Assembly: GCA_040767965.1 (NCBI GenBank)
Contig: JAXGNR010000004.1
Location: 96,001 to 160,000, forward strand
Length of the DNA: 64,000 nt
Origin: Atribacterota bacterium
Lineage (GTDB): Bacteria > Atribacterota > Phoenicimicrobiia > Phoenicimicrobiales > Stramentimicrobiaceae
Direction: 5' to 3'
Positions 1-10,354 of this stretch are shown here, in pieces. A program made the translations under genes and the position numbers. Positions within the stretch are counted from its first letter, which is position 1. Each line of letters starts with the position of its first letter. The notes below the pieces were generated by a model, which saw only the letters and a program-made list of their open reading frames with translations, was not told the origin of the DNA and did not search any database.

Positions 1-59
1 TGTTCGCCCTAGAGGATAAAAAAATATCAGGACATATTTATTTTAGTCCTGGTTTGTTT

Positions 60-863
60 TTAAAAATCTTTTTTTTCTTCGTCAGATGAGAATTGCTGAC
101 AGAGTAATTCTTTAATCAGTAAAGCATTTTTAGCAGCCTTGCCCCGATAATGGTTATTCATAAAAATATACTGGTCTGTTGTTTGGTTCTTAATTTCTTT
201 AATTTTAGGGATCCATTCTTTCAATTCATTTTCAGTGTAAAGATAATCGTAGCGCTGGTAGGCTTGCTCGTGCTGCCACCAATTTTCTTTGTTACGGCCA
301 TGAAAGCGGATATAACCTAAATCGGAAGTTGTTTTAGTTATAGGAGGCAGCAATCCTTTTAAATCTGGCTGGTCTACTGCACAAATCCCTATCTGGTTTT
401 CTCGGAGAAACTCAAAAACTTCTTCTCTTATCCAGCCAATATTACGGAATTCAATCACTAAAGGCAGGGGATTTGTAAGGCCTTTAAAATAACCAAGATA
501 ACTTATATTTTCCCTGTTATAGTGAAAAGAGAAGGGGAATTGAGCCAGGACGCAACCCAGTTTATCACTATCAAGAAGTGGCTTTAAGGAAGCTTTAAAC
601 TCTTGAAAGACAGACTGATTCTCTTTTCTAGAGTGCGTCATTTCCTGATTAGCCTTTACTGCAAATTTAAAATTTTCAGGAACTTTACTTTGTAGCTGGT
701 AATAGACAGCAGCAGGAGGAATGCGGTAATAAGACGCATTAATCTCTACTGAGTTAAAATGTTTAGCATAAAGGGAGAGCATATCACCCTTTTTAACAGT
801 TTCAGGATAAAAATAACCAATCCAGTCTTGGTAGCTGAATCCTGATGTGCCAATATAGAGCAT
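60..863 (-). CDS. DUF72 (YecE-like) TIM-barrel protein
   Basis: IGTSGFSYxDW, VEINASYY, YIRFHGRN and FMNNH motifs typical of DUF72; starts 6 bp after the lexA stop. Confidence 0.9.
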   Translation of the reverse strand: MLYIGTSGFSYQDWIGYFYPETVKKGDMLSLYAKHFNSVEINASYYRIPPAAVYYQLQSKVPENFKFAVKANQEMTHSRKENQSVFQEFKASLKPLLDSDKLGCVLAQFPFSFHYNRENISYLGYFKGLTNPLPLVIEFRNIGWIREEVFEFLRENQIGICAVDQPDLKGLLPPITKTTSDLGYIRFHGRNKENWWQHEQAYQRYDYLYTENELKEWIPKIKEIKNQTTDQYIFMNNHYRGKAAKNALLIKELLCQQFSSDEEKKDF

Positions 864-869
864 AATATT

Positions 870-1481
870 TCATTTCCTCCCGTTGAATCTGCGAATAACG
901 CCAATAACTTTTCCCAATATAGCAGCTTCTTTAACAATAATAGGATTATAAAGAGGGTTTGAAGGCATAAGCATAATCTTCCCTTCTTTTTTTAATAATC
1001 TTTTTACTGTCACCTCTTCCTGGTTGACAAGAGCAATAACTATATCTCCATTATCAGCACTATTTTGCGGTTGTACCATTACATAATCACCATCAAGGAT
1101 ATGGTCACCAGTCATGCTGTCTCCCTCCACTTTAACCAAAAAGCTTCCTTCATTTCCAGCTAATTCTTCCGGGACAGGGATTATCTGGCTGTATTCCTGT
1201 AATGCCAGTAATGGGTTTCCCGCAGGAACTTTCCCTATTAAGGGAAGTTTGCGAACTTGTGGTGCTAATTTAAGCGCTCTGTTTTTTTCTTTTTCTCTTT
1301 TAAGATATCCTTTTTTTTCCAGTATAGTCAGATATTTAAAAGCAGTGGCAGAGGATCGAACACCTATTTTTGCGCATAATTCCCGTACTGTTGGCGGATA
1401 ACCTGTTTCCTCAATGCTGGACTTAATAAGGTTTAGTGCATTTTTTTGTTTTTTTGTTAAATCGTCTTTGTTAGAAGACAT
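870..1481 (-). CDS. lexA: SOS repressor LexA
   Basis: GYPPTVRE wHTH, VPAG Ala-Gly cleavage site, GDSM Ser and TVKR Lys dyad. Start moved to ATG 1481 because the promoter lies inside the longer ORF. Confidence 0.95.
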   Translation of the reverse strand: MSSNKDDLTKKQKNALNLIKSSIEETGYPPTVRELCAKIGVRSSATAFKYLTILEKKGYLKREKEKNRALKLAPQVRKLPLIGKVPAGNPLLALQEYSQIIPVPEELAGNEGSFLVKVEGDSMTGDHILDGDYVMVQPQNSADNGDIVIALVNQEEVTVKRLLKKEGKIMLMPSNPLYNPIIVKEAAILGKVIGVIRRFNGRK

Positions 1482-1518
1482 GTTTTTTACCTTTATTAAT
1501 AAGTATTTTGTTAATATC

Positions 1519-1547
1519 ATTATAAAGAAAACATATGTTCGCGTCAA
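1519..1547 (-). promoter_or_regulatory. lexA sigma70 promoter with LexA (Cheo-type) box in the spacer
   Basis: Minus strand reads TTGACG-17 bp-TATAAT; the spacer begins CGAACATATGTTTT (GAAC-N4-GTTY). Confidence 0.88.
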
Positions 1548-1732
1548 TAGTTTACTCTCAGGAATTCAGATGAAAAAGACCAAGTTTTCTTATTTTATAT
1601 TAAAATGACATTTGCTTTTCACTGTGAAAGTCGTTTAGAATTATTAAAAATCAGGTATTCTTTAATTTTATCAACTAATGTAATTATAAATAATAATTTG
1701 AGATAGAACAGGAAGATAGGAGGAGTAAAATT

Positions 1733-3373
1733 ATGAAAGACAAAAATGACCCGAGTTATATATACAGCACATGGGAACTTTTAAAAGATAATTCTGAAAA
1801 GATGAAAAAACAGCATTTGCGGACACTTTTCTTGCAGGATCCTGCCAGGACAGAAAAAATGAGCACTGAAGATATTGGTATTTACTTTGATTTTTCCAAA
1901 CATAGAATAGATTATGAAACTATCGAATTGCTTTTAAGTTTGGCAGAAGAGGCTGGATTAAAGAAATCCATTGAAGCAATGTTTCATGGGGTTAAAATTA
2001 ATTTTACCGAAAATCGTGCTGTTTTACATGTTGCCTTGCGTGCGCCGGAAGGAAAAATAATTTTTGTTGACGGAGAGAATGTTGTCCCTAAGATACATGA
2101 AGTTCTTAGCAGAATGGTTGTTATTGCCAATAAATTGAGATCATATCAATGGAAAGGATATACAGGAAAGCCAATTAAAAATATTATTAATATTGGAATA
2201 GGAGGTTCTGATTTAGGGCCGGCAATGGTTTATGATGCTTTACGCTATTACAGCAAGCGAGACCTGACCTTCCGCTTTATTTCCAATATTGATGGAACGG
2301 ATTTTGCAGAATCTGTTTTGGATCTGAATCCTGAAGAAACTTTATTTATTGTTTCTTCAAAAAGTTTTACTACTCAGGAAACTATGACTAATGCCAGAAC
2401 AGCAAGAAACTGGGTTCTTGACTCTTTAAAAAGCGAAGATGCAATTGCCAGTCACTTTGTCGCAGTATCCACTAACTATTCTCTGGTGAAAAAATTCGGT
2501 ATTAACCCGGAAAATGTATTTGAATTTTGGGATTGGGTAGGTGGTCGCTATTCTTTATGTTCTGCCATCGGGTTATCAACTATGATAGCGATAGGCCCGG
2601 ATAATTTTAAGTCTATGCTTGATGGTTTTCGGCAAATGGATAAACACTTTGAGGAGAAACCTTTCCAAAAAAATATACCACTGCTGATGGGGCTTTTAGG
2701 TATCTGGTACAATAATTTCTTTTCTGCAGAAACACTAGCTGTTTTGCCTTATGAACAGTATTTAAAGCGCTTTCCAGCATATTTACAGCAACTAACCATG
2801 GAAAGCAATGGAAAATATGTTGACAAAAGCGGGAAAAGAGTATCTTATCAAACAGGCCCAATTTATTGGGGTGAACCAGGAACTAACGGGCAGCATTCAT
2901 TTTACCAGCTAATTCACCAGGGAACAAAATTAATTCCCTGTGATTTTATTGCCTTTCTTGAGCCTCTTAACCTGGTTGGGAATCATCATGACATACTGAT
3001 GGCTAATGTTTTTGCTCAAGCGGAAGCCCTTGCTTTCGGGAAAACAGAGGAAGAAGTCCGACAGGAAGGTGCAAGTGATAATTTAATTCCTTATAAAGTT
3101 TTTGAAGGAAATAGGCCATCAAGTACTATTCTTATTAACAAGCTGACCCCTGAAAACTTGGGAAAGCTAATATCTATGTACGAGCACGCAGTGTTTACTC
3201 AGGGAATTATTTGGAAAATTAATTCTTTTGATCAATGGGGCGTAGAATTAGGTAAGAAATTGGCAGAAAATATATTGCCAGAAATAAGTCAACAAAAAAT
3301 AGTTGAATTAAAACACGACAGTTCTACTAATACACTTATTCGAAAATACAGGAAATCAAAAAATTATAATTAA
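1733..3373 (+). CDS. pgi: Glucose-6-phosphate isomerase
   Basis: [42 protein letters not shown]; AGGAG RBS. Confidence 0.97.
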   Translation: MKDKNDPSYIYSTWELLKDNSEKMKKQHLRTLFLQDPARTEKMSTEDIGIYFDFSKHRIDYETIELLLSLAEEAGLKKSIEAMFHGVKINFTENRAVLHVALRAPEGKIIFVDGENVVPKIHEVLSRMVVIANKLRSYQWKGYTGKPIKNIINIGIGGSDLGPAMVYDALRYYSKRDLTFRFISNIDGTDFAESVLDLNPEETLFIVSSKSFTTQETMTNARTARNWVLDSLKSEDAIASHFVAVSTNYSLVKKFGINPENVFEFWDWVGGRYSLCSAIGLSTMIAIGPDNFKSMLDGFRQMDKHFEEKPFQKNIPLLMGLLGIWYNNFFSAETLAVLPYEQYLKRFPAYLQQLTMESNGKYVDKSGKRVSYQTGPIYWGEPGTNGQHSFYQLIHQGTKLIPCDFIAFLEPLNLVGNHHDILMANVFAQAEALAFGKTEEEVRQEGASDNLIPYKVFEGNRPSSTILINKLTPENLGKLISMYEHAVFTQGIIWKINSFDQWGVELGKKLAENILPEISQQKIVELKHDSSTNTLIRKYRKSKNYN

Positions 3374-3379
3374 AGAATA

Positions 3380-3440
3380 TTGACATATAATTTATTTAAG
3401 GTATAATTATAGTTATATATAATATGCTAATAGCATATTA
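3380..3440 (+). promoter_or_regulatory. marR-hsp20 promoter and probable MarR operator
   Basis: TTGACA(3380)-16-TATAAT(3402); perfect inverted repeat TAATATGCTA-A-TAGCATATTA at 3420-3440. Confidence 0.75.
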
Positions 3441-3464
3441 TGTTAATGACAAATAAGGTGGTTT

Positions 3465-3878
3465 ATGTCGGATAACCTATTAAATTTAATTGTAAAATTA
3501 AAATTAAACAGGATGCTTGACGAGGAGCATATGCGGATGATTTGCAATTTGTCTATTGCTGAATATCGCGGTATTATGGCTCAACAAAACGGACACGAAA
3601 TGACATGTCAGGAGATGGCGGAAATAATGGAACTGTCTCCTTCCAGAAGCAGTAGAGTAATAGATAATTTAGTTAAAAAAGGCTACTTTATCCGAAAAAC
3701 CAGCAAACATGACAGGCGTTCAGTTGCGGTAACTCTGTCTCATAGAGGTAGAGAAATTAAAGAAGAGATAAAGAAAAACCGGCAACAGCTGGAAAAAGAT
3801 TTAAAGGAATACTTTTCTGAAAGTGACATAGATATGATAAAAAATTCTTTACGCATGTTACTTGATTATTTTGTTTAA
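3465..3878 (+). CDS. MarR family transcriptional regulator
   Basis: SRVIDNLVKKGY and DRR wing motif, 137 aa. Confidence 0.9.
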   Translation: MSDNLLNLIVKLKLNRMLDEEHMRMICNLSIAEYRGIMAQQNGHEMTCQEMAEIMELSPSRSSRVIDNLVKKGYFIRKTSKHDRRSVAVTLSHRGREIKEEIKKNRQQLEKDLKEYFSESDIDMIKNSLRMLLDYFV

Positions 3879-3908
3879 AATATTAAAAAAAGTGAAGGAG
3901 GTTTTATT

Positions 3909-4349
3909 ATGGATTTGATTCGCTGGGAACCAAAAGATAGTTTAATGAGAAGTTTTTTTGATGATTTTTTTGATAATATGAACAGGCCAGGCGGAAACAA
4001 AAGAAGAAGATGGGATGAAGGCGGCATATGAGCTCCTGCTACAGATTTAGTTGACAAAAAAGATAAACTGGTAGCCAGAATAGAATTGCCTGGAGTAGAG
4101 AAGAAAGATGTTAAAATTTCAGTAAGTGATAATAATTTGACCGTACAGGGAGAAATAGAAAAAGATAAAGAAACTAAAAAAGAAGATTATTATTGCTGTG
4201 AAAGGGCTTATGGTACATATTCCAGAACAATTTCCTTGCCGGCAGAAATTGACCAGGAAAAAATAAAAGCAATTTTTAGAAATGGAATACTGGAAATCAT
4301 CTTGCCTAAAAAACCAGAAAAAAAGCCTAAAGAAATTACGATAGAATAG
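3909..4349 (+). pseudogene. Hsp20/alpha-crystallin small heat-shock protein interrupted by in-frame TGA (4029-4031)
   Basis: AAGGAGG RBS, ATG 3909 MDLIRWEP...GGI*APATDLVD...ELPGV...ERAYGTYSRTISLP...NGILEIILPK...EITIE; the stop sits where Trp is usual (WxPxxD). Confidence 0.8.
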
Positions 4350-4435
4350 ATCAATAAAGTATATTTTAGCAAAGGATGAAAAATGATTAATTTTGAAAAT
4401 TGAGAATTATGATATATAAGGAGAATATTCAGGTA

Positions 4436-4475
4436 AAAAATACTGGGAGCCTTTAAAATGGTTTCCAGTATTTTT
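4436..4475. terminator. Bidirectional intrinsic terminator
   Basis: AAAAATACTGG...CCAGTATTTTT hairpin between convergent genes. Confidence 0.75.
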
Positions 4476-4477
4476 GC

Positions 4478-5398
4478 TTATTCTAAATGATATTGTTCTT
4501 CATATTTTGTTTTAATTCTAAAATTAGCAATGCCGGAAATCATTATTAAAAGAGTACCCATAATACTGTACAAATCTGGAAATTCCTGCAGAAAAAATAT
4601 TCCCAGTATGGTTGCGAAAATGATCTCAGAATACATATAGAAAGAAAGAAAACCTGCATGTGCCATTCCATATGCCCTGGCGAAACCATAAGATGAAATT
4701 AAACATAGTATTGCTATTATCAGTAATATAATAAAATTTTTTAAATCAGGAAAAACAAATGTTTTTTGTATCAAGGTTGTCGACAGACCAAGAAGGCCAG
4801 ATATGTAAGCAAGATAACCGATAATGACTAATGAATGGTCGGTTGAGCGCAAATGACGGAGAATAACCTGAGTAATTGCGAAAAAGAAAGCTCCATTTAG
4901 AGCAATAAAAGAAGGGAGTAAGTTTGACTGCATAGCTGGCTTGATGATTAGTACTACCCCTAAGAAAGCTAACAAAATCAAAGGAATCTGTATTTTTAGT
5001 AATCTCTCTTTTAAGAAAAAGAAAGATAATATGATAACAAAAATGGGAAATAATTGTTTTATGGTGATAGCATTTGCCAGCAGCATATTGGTATAAGCAA
5101 AATACATTGAAGAAATAGATATAAAACCAGTCAATCCTCTCAAAATCAGAAACTTTTTATTACTGCCAAAAATAGGTATTTTATTTTTAATCAATAGTAT
5201 TGGAGCAAAAATCATCATTCCCAGGTTTCTAAAAAAAACCAGTTCCATCACCGGAAGGTTGTTTACTTTTTTAACAAGTAATCCTATTAATGCAGTCAAG
5301 AAAGATGAAAAAATAAGAATAAGAATTGCTTTTATATTTTTGGAATATATATCTTTCTTAATATTTTCATTAGAATTATAGAGAGAATTTTTTTTCAT
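4478..5398 (-). CDS. DMT/EamA family transporter
   Basis: About 10 hydrophobic segments, FFRN, LRG, FLKE, LIIKP motifs. Confidence 0.88.
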   Translation of the reverse strand: MKKNSLYNSNENIKKDIYSKNIKAILILIFSSFLTALIGLLVKKVNNLPVMELVFFRNLGMMIFAPILLIKNKIPIFGSNKKFLILRGLTGFISISSMYFAYTNMLLANAITIKQLFPIFVIILSFFFLKERLLKIQIPLILLAFLGVVLIIKPAMQSNLLPSFIALNGAFFFAITQVILRHLRSTDHSLVIIGYLAYISGLLGLSTTLIQKTFVFPDLKNFIILLIIAILCLISSYGFARAYGMAHAGFLSFYMYSEIIFATILGIFFLQEFPDLYSIMGTLLIMISGIANFRIKTKYEEQYHLE

Positions 5399-5463
5399 AG
5401 TAAAACTTAATCAATAAAATTATTATAATAAAAGATTTAACTTCGATACGATTATTCCTATAA

Positions 5464-6636
5464 TTAAGATGCAATAGTATTCAGGAAAATTTGAATTACT
5501 TTTGCGCCACCAATAAAGGTGCCCAAAGAGCTACCAAGATTTGCCAAAGCTACTATTAAAAGTATTTTTGTAACACGGTTTTGAAAAAAATCTTTGAAAG
5601 TAGTTATGTCTCCCAATTTTTCGAAATCATCAACTTTGGGTTTTCTGATAAACGCTTCGGCTATTCCGGCAAACCAGCCTGCGGCCAACAAAGGGTTTAA
5701 AGAAGTAATTGGGGCTGCTATAAAAGCAGTTAGAATAGAGAGAGGATGGGCAGCTGCAATAAAAGTTCCCAGCGCAGCAAGAGTGCCATTCCAAAGAAGC
5801 CATTGAAATATCTGATTAAATCCGTTGGGAGGAGACATGATAAATGTTTGAATGATAATAGAAACAATTATAATTGGGATTCCCCATAAAATCCATTTTG
5901 TCCAATTTGGACCTTTGGGGACATAGTTTAAATCATGTAAATTATGATTTTTATAAATTTCCTTTTTAATTCCAGGCACATGTCCGGCACCAACCACAGC
6001 TACAATTTTTTTACCGGGAGCATTCTTAATTTTTTCTGCCAGATACTGATCTCTTTCATCAATTAAAGTACTTTTTAGCTTCGGAAAAGAGGTTGCCATT
6101 TCCTGCAAAGCAGCAGTTAACATATCTTCAGATTTAAGCTTTTCAATTTCTTCTTCTGAGATATCTTCCTTATTGAACATGCTCAATAATAACATAAAAA
6201 ACAATTTTATCTTGCCAAAAAAACTTAATTTTCGCCAAATCCTGGTAAAGGTTATCTGTATATCCCTGTCAGCAAGGACCAGCTCAATATTGTTTTCTTG
6301 AGCAGATTGAATTGCCTGGATCATTTCCTGTCCCGGATTGATTCCCAGCTGACGGGCTAGTCTTTTTTGGAAAGCTGATAAAATTAAATTAACCAGCAAA
6401 AGCAGAGATTTTTTTTGTTTAATGATGGTAATTATATCCATCTCTTTCCACTTATCAGGGTTGGTAATAGACTGAAAGCGAGACGGGCATAATTCAACAC
6501 AAACTGAGTCAGGAAGCTCTTCCTGAATAAAATTTTTTACAGTTTCAGCACTTACTTTTGAAACATGTGCTGTTCCTATTAAATAAATATCTTTATCTTC
6601 CAAAGAAAGATGATGAATATCTTTATTATTTTCCAA
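5464..6636 (-). CDS. TraB/PrgY (pheromone shutdown) family protein
   Basis: IGTAHVS, VCVELC, LIDERD, VVGAGHVPGI and C-terminal TM region. Confidence 0.9.
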   Translation of the reverse strand: MENNKDIHHLSLEDKDIYLIGTAHVSKVSAETVKNFIQEELPDSVCVELCPSRFQSITNPDKWKEMDIITIIKQKKSLLLLVNLILSAFQKRLARQLGINPGQEMIQAIQSAQENNIELVLADRDIQITFTRIWRKLSFFGKIKLFFMLLLSMFNKEDISEEEIEKLKSEDMLTAALQEMATSFPKLKSTLIDERDQYLAEKIKNAPGKKIVAVVGAGHVPGIKKEIYKNHNLHDLNYVPKGPNWTKWILWGIPIIIVSIIIQTFIMSPPNGFNQIFQWLLWNGTLAALGTFIAAAHPLSILTAFIAAPITSLNPLLAAGWFAGIAEAFIRKPKVDDFEKLGDITTFKDFFQNRVTKILLIVALANLGSSLGTFIGGAKVIQIFLNTIAS

Positions 6637-6839
6637 AAACAGGACTCCTTTTAGTGGTAATATTTAATTCATGGAATGCAAACACAATTAAGATTATAAC
6701 ATAAGTGGAAGAAATGGTGTAGAATAAATAGAATTAATTTGCTAAAATTGTAAGTAATTGTAAATAGAATTTTTGCATGCCTGCTTTAATGAAGATACTT
6801 TCTTAAAAGAAATAATTTAACAATAAAAAGGAGAAAAAT

Positions 6840-7409
6840 ATGAAAAAATCAATTGGTCCTAAAACATTTTTAGGGGCTGTGCCTGTTTTGCTAGTTGGGA
6901 GTTATGATGAGAAAAATAAACCAAATTTAATGACTTGTGCCTGGGGAGGGATCTGTTGTTCTGAACCCCCTTGTATAAATATATCTTTGAGAAAAAACAG
7001 GTATTCATATAATGGTATCAATTCCAAAAAAGCATTTACAGTAAATATACCTTTTAGTGACCAAACCAAAGAAGCAGATTATTACGGGATTGTTTCCGGA
7101 GCAAATTATAATAAATTTGAAGATACTGAGATTACTCCTATTAAAAGTGATCTTGTTGATGCTCCATATGGAAAAGAATTTCCAATAGTAGTAGAGTGTA
7201 AAGTTATAAATCAAATTGAATTAGGTTCCCATGTTCAATTTATAGGAGAAGTGTTAGATGTAAAAATAGAAGAAAGCCTGCTGGATAAAGAAGACAATAT
7301 AGTTGGTGAAAAACTTGATCCAATTATGTCTATTCCGGTGATAAGCGAATATTTTGCCCTGGGTAAATACATAGGCAAAGGATTCACAATTGGAAAAGAT
7401 CTCAGTTAA
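6840..7409 (+). CDS. Flavin reductase / flavoredoxin family protein
   Basis: PNLMTCAWGG, FTVNIP, ECKV, GSHVQFIGEV. Confidence 0.88.
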   Translation: MKKSIGPKTFLGAVPVLLVGSYDEKNKPNLMTCAWGGICCSEPPCINISLRKNRYSYNGINSKKAFTVNIPFSDQTKEADYYGIVSGANYNKFEDTEITPIKSDLVDAPYGKEFPIVVECKVINQIELGSHVQFIGEVLDVKIEESLLDKEDNIVGEKLDPIMSIPVISEYFALGKYIGKGFTIGKDLS

Positions 7410-7437
7410 ATTATATTGGTAAAAATCTTTATTGATA

Positions 7438-7476
7438 GAGGGCAGGAGAGCCATTTTTCATTATTTTCTTGCCCTC
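7438..7476. terminator. Probable terminator hairpin between convergent genes
   Basis: GAGGGGCAGGAGA...TTTTCTTGCCCTC imperfect stem. Confidence 0.5.
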
Positions 7477-7506
7477 AAAGCAGATTAAAATCATAATTGA
7501 TATAAC

Positions 7507-10296
7507 TTATCTTTTTAATTTTTTAAATTTAAGAAAAAACAGCAAAATTGGTAATAATAATAAAGTATAAATGACGCTAATCAGCATTACACTGCCTATC
7601 AGGATAGCAAATTCAGAAATCATCTTAATCTCTGAAAAAGCCAGCACAAAACACCCGGCAGCTACGGATAATGAATTAAAAAATATAGCACGCCCGGAAC
7701 CGGTCAAGGTGATTGTCGTTACTTCAACAGGGTCAGGTTTTTTTATAAATTCCTGTTTATAGCGGGTAATAAAATGGATAGTGTAATCAATTCCAGCTCC
7801 TATAGCTATACTAGCTACCATCATTGTGCCAATATTCAGGGAAATCCTTGTTATACCCATTATGCCAAAAGCGGTTACAATAGTTAAAAGGATTGGTATT
7901 ATAGAAATAATTCCAATCAATAAGGACTGGAACTGGATAATCAACAATATAAATACTATCAAAAATGCTGCAAACATACTTTTAACCTGCCCATCATAAA
8001 TACTTTTATTCACTTCACTAGTAATTACTGGAATACCGGTAAGCCTGAAGGAAAAACATATATCTCCATCCTGGTCAGGGATACAAGCATAGTCATCAAG
8101 GAGGTACCAGAGATAGTTGGAGTTTTCCTGATTAAGATTTAGATTAAATTTGCTCAACATTTGATCCTTTGCATATTCAACCTTTTTACGTTGGGTAGCA
8201 ATAGTAATAGAGGTGTTAACAATATCTTTCAGGTATTCAGCATCGTATTCGGAAATATCCATTTGCTCAATTATTTTTTCTATAAAGAGTGAATCATCCA
8301 AAGCCGATTGTAGATAATTGCTGATAGCAGGTTCAATTTCTGTAGCAGTTATTCCAAAATCCTCTAATTCTAAAGATGATAGGGTAATTATTTCTTTTAT
8401 AAAATATTCATCTTTTTGAATAAAAAAATTTTCAGCAAGAGCTGCAATGCTATTAAGCTCTATCTTTAATTCTTCCAATTGTGATTTGTTTAACTCCAGT
8501 CCATTTGCCTGCCAGGAGTCGATAATTTCCTGGGTGATATATGGATAATAATATTGTTTCTCAGTCAGGGATAATTGACTTATATCAACTACCTGGATTT
8601 TCTTTGGAATTTGCTGGATGAAGTTTTCTAATTCCTGAATTGATTGTTCGGTATCTGTAGAAACCATTTCTTTTGATCGAATCTGTAATATAGTATCCTT
8701 ATTATTATTGGCAAGCATAGAATTAATATATTCATTATTTTCAGCAAAGAACCAGAGATTATCTATTTTATCAGGATTTGAAGGGATAATTTCTCTGTTT
8801 TCCATGGCATTATTTAATTGTCTGATAAAAATAGCAACAGAGGATGGCTGGGAAAGAGAAGGTAGTCTTTTAGCAAAATTTTGTATTTTATCAATACTTC
8901 TCAAGACATATGGATGTTTTGCATTATCTGTTGTTTCCAGATATACATAAAGAAAATCGACTCCACCGAATTTATCTTTAAAATATTCCATGGATTTGGT
9001 TATTGGATTATTTGTTCCCAACCTGCTTTCAATGGTAGAATCGGTTTTTACCAGACTAGAAGAAATAATAGAAAAAACAAGGATAATAAGAGTTAAAGTT
9101 ACTATAGTTCCTTTTTTATTTAAAACCAGGAGAGTAATTTTTTTTAAAATTTTGCTTACCATATCATCTGCATGGGAAGAAAAATTTTTTGGTATTTTTT
9201 TTGGAGCAAAAATGCTAAAGATGGCTCCTAGCAGGAAAATGATCAAAAGAAAAGAAAGAAAGATACCAATGGTAGTAAAAATGCCAAATTCGGTCATTGG
9301 TCTTACGACCGCTGTAATAAGTGATGAAAACCCCGCCATAGTAGTTAAGGCACTCATGAAAATTGGAATAGAAATAAATTCAATAGTGTTTTCAATAGCA
9401 TCCTGGGCAGAAAGTTTATTTCTCTCTTCGTAATAACGATTAATAAAATGAATTCCATATGCGGTTACCAGAGCAAGCATCAAAACAGGTATAACTGAAA
9501 TAATAATTGTCACTGTTTTGCCTGAAGAGGCCACCAGACTTAAAATCCAGAAAGAGGTCAATAGGGCAATTAAAATAGGTAAAAAAGTACCTTGTAGACT
9601 TCTAAAACAATAATAAAGAATGGCAATTATCACTATTGCTGCTGTGATAGCTAAGGACATATTATTTAAAGCCATTTCTGTAATTTGCACTTCCATAATC
9701 GGGAGTCCGAAATATTCAATTCTTACTATATTTTCCTTGTGTTCATTTAGAATATTCTCTAAATCATCTCTCAGATATGAACCATTTACATTATCAGGAG
9801 ACTCTATCATTATTAAAGCAACCCTGCCATCAGCTGACAGATAATTTTCTTTAATTAAATCATCTCTCAAAGCATCTGCTTTTAGCTGCAAAACATCCTC
9901 TTCGGTTTCCGGGAATAATTCAACAAACTCTTTTACTTCAATACCATAGTCAGTGCCAATTATTTTAGGCATATTTAAAAAGGAATCAACAGAAATAATA
10001 TATTCAGAATGTTGCAGGTTTTCGGTAATTGTTTTAAAATTCTGCAGGTTATCCAGTGTGAATATAGTCTTATGGTATTCAAGAGAAATAAGAGTAAGAT
10101 TTTTATCATACTGACCAAATTTATCTGTTATTTCCTGATAAAAGATAATTTCCGGGTCAGTTTCTGCCAGATACTTGGTGATATCATCTTCTATTCTTAA
10201 ATTATTAATCTGGGTTAATCCTAGAATAGTTATAAATATTATAAAAATAATTATTATTTTTGAGTATTTGGTAATAAACCTGGCTAGCTGTTTCAT
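7507..10296 (-). CDS. MMPL/RND superfamily transporter
   Basis: Two repeats of TM plus large soluble domain plus 5 TM; SALTTMAGF, GAGIDYTIH, GRAIFFN. Confidence 0.9.
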   Translation of the reverse strand: MKQLARFITKYSKIIIIFIIFITILGLTQINNLRIEDDITKYLAETDPEIIFYQEITDKFGQYDKNLTLISLEYHKTIFTLDNLQNFKTITENLQHSEYIISVDSFLNMPKIIGTDYGIEVKEFVELFPETEEDVLQLKADALRDDLIKENYLSADGRVALIMIESPDNVNGSYLRDDLENILNEHKENIVRIEYFGLPIMEVQITEMALNNMSLAITAAIVIIAILYYCFRSLQGTFLPILIALLTSFWILSLVASSGKTVTIIISVIPVLMLALVTAYGIHFINRYYEERNKLSAQDAIENTIEFISIPIFMSALTTMAGFSSLITAVVRPMTEFGIFTTIGIFLSFLLIIFLLGAIFSIFAPKKIPKNFSSHADDMVSKILKKITLLVLNKKGTIVTLTLIILVFSIISSSLVKTDSTIESRLGTNNPITKSMEYFKDKFGGVDFLYVYLETTDNAKHPYVLRSIDKIQNFAKRLPSLSQPSSVAIFIRQLNNAMENREIIPSNPDKIDNLWFFAENNEYINSMLANNNKDTILQIRSKEMVSTDTEQSIQELENFIQQIPKKIQVVDISQLSLTEKQYYYPYITQEIIDSWQANGLELNKSQLEELKIELNSIAALAENFFIQKDEYFIKEIITLSSLELEDFGITATEIEPAISNYLQSALDDSLFIEKIIEQMDISEYDAEYLKDIVNTSITIATQRKKVEYAKDQMLSKFNLNLNQENSNYLWYLLDDYACIPDQDGDICFSFRLTGIPVITSEVNKSIYDGQVKSMFAAFLIVFILLIIQFQSLLIGIISIIPILLTIVTAFGIMGITRISLNIGTMMVASIAIGAGIDYTIHFITRYKQEFIKKPDPVEVTTITLTGSGRAIFFNSLSVAAGCFVLAFSEIKMISEFAILIGSVMLISVIYTLLLLPILLFFLKFKKLKR

Positions 10297-10354
10297 ATTT
10301 TTAAGACTCTCCTGTAAATAACCTGATATTATCTATATAATATAATTATATTGC

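Noticed and set aside
4029-4031. Genome-wide TGA reassignment (code 4 or 25)
   Set aside because: TGA ends full-length genes such as tctB, ilvB and leuB, and Trp is encoded by TGG elsewhere.
5464-6636. Conjugative element suggested by the name TraB
   Set aside because: The TraB/PrgY family is a common chromosomal protein, and no T4SS or relaxase genes are present.
8990-9433. Antisense and alternate-frame ORFs (this one, 21729-22190, 25505-25819, 47078-47533, 62393-63755 and others)
   Set aside because: They are shadows of well-supported genes and have no recognisable motifs.
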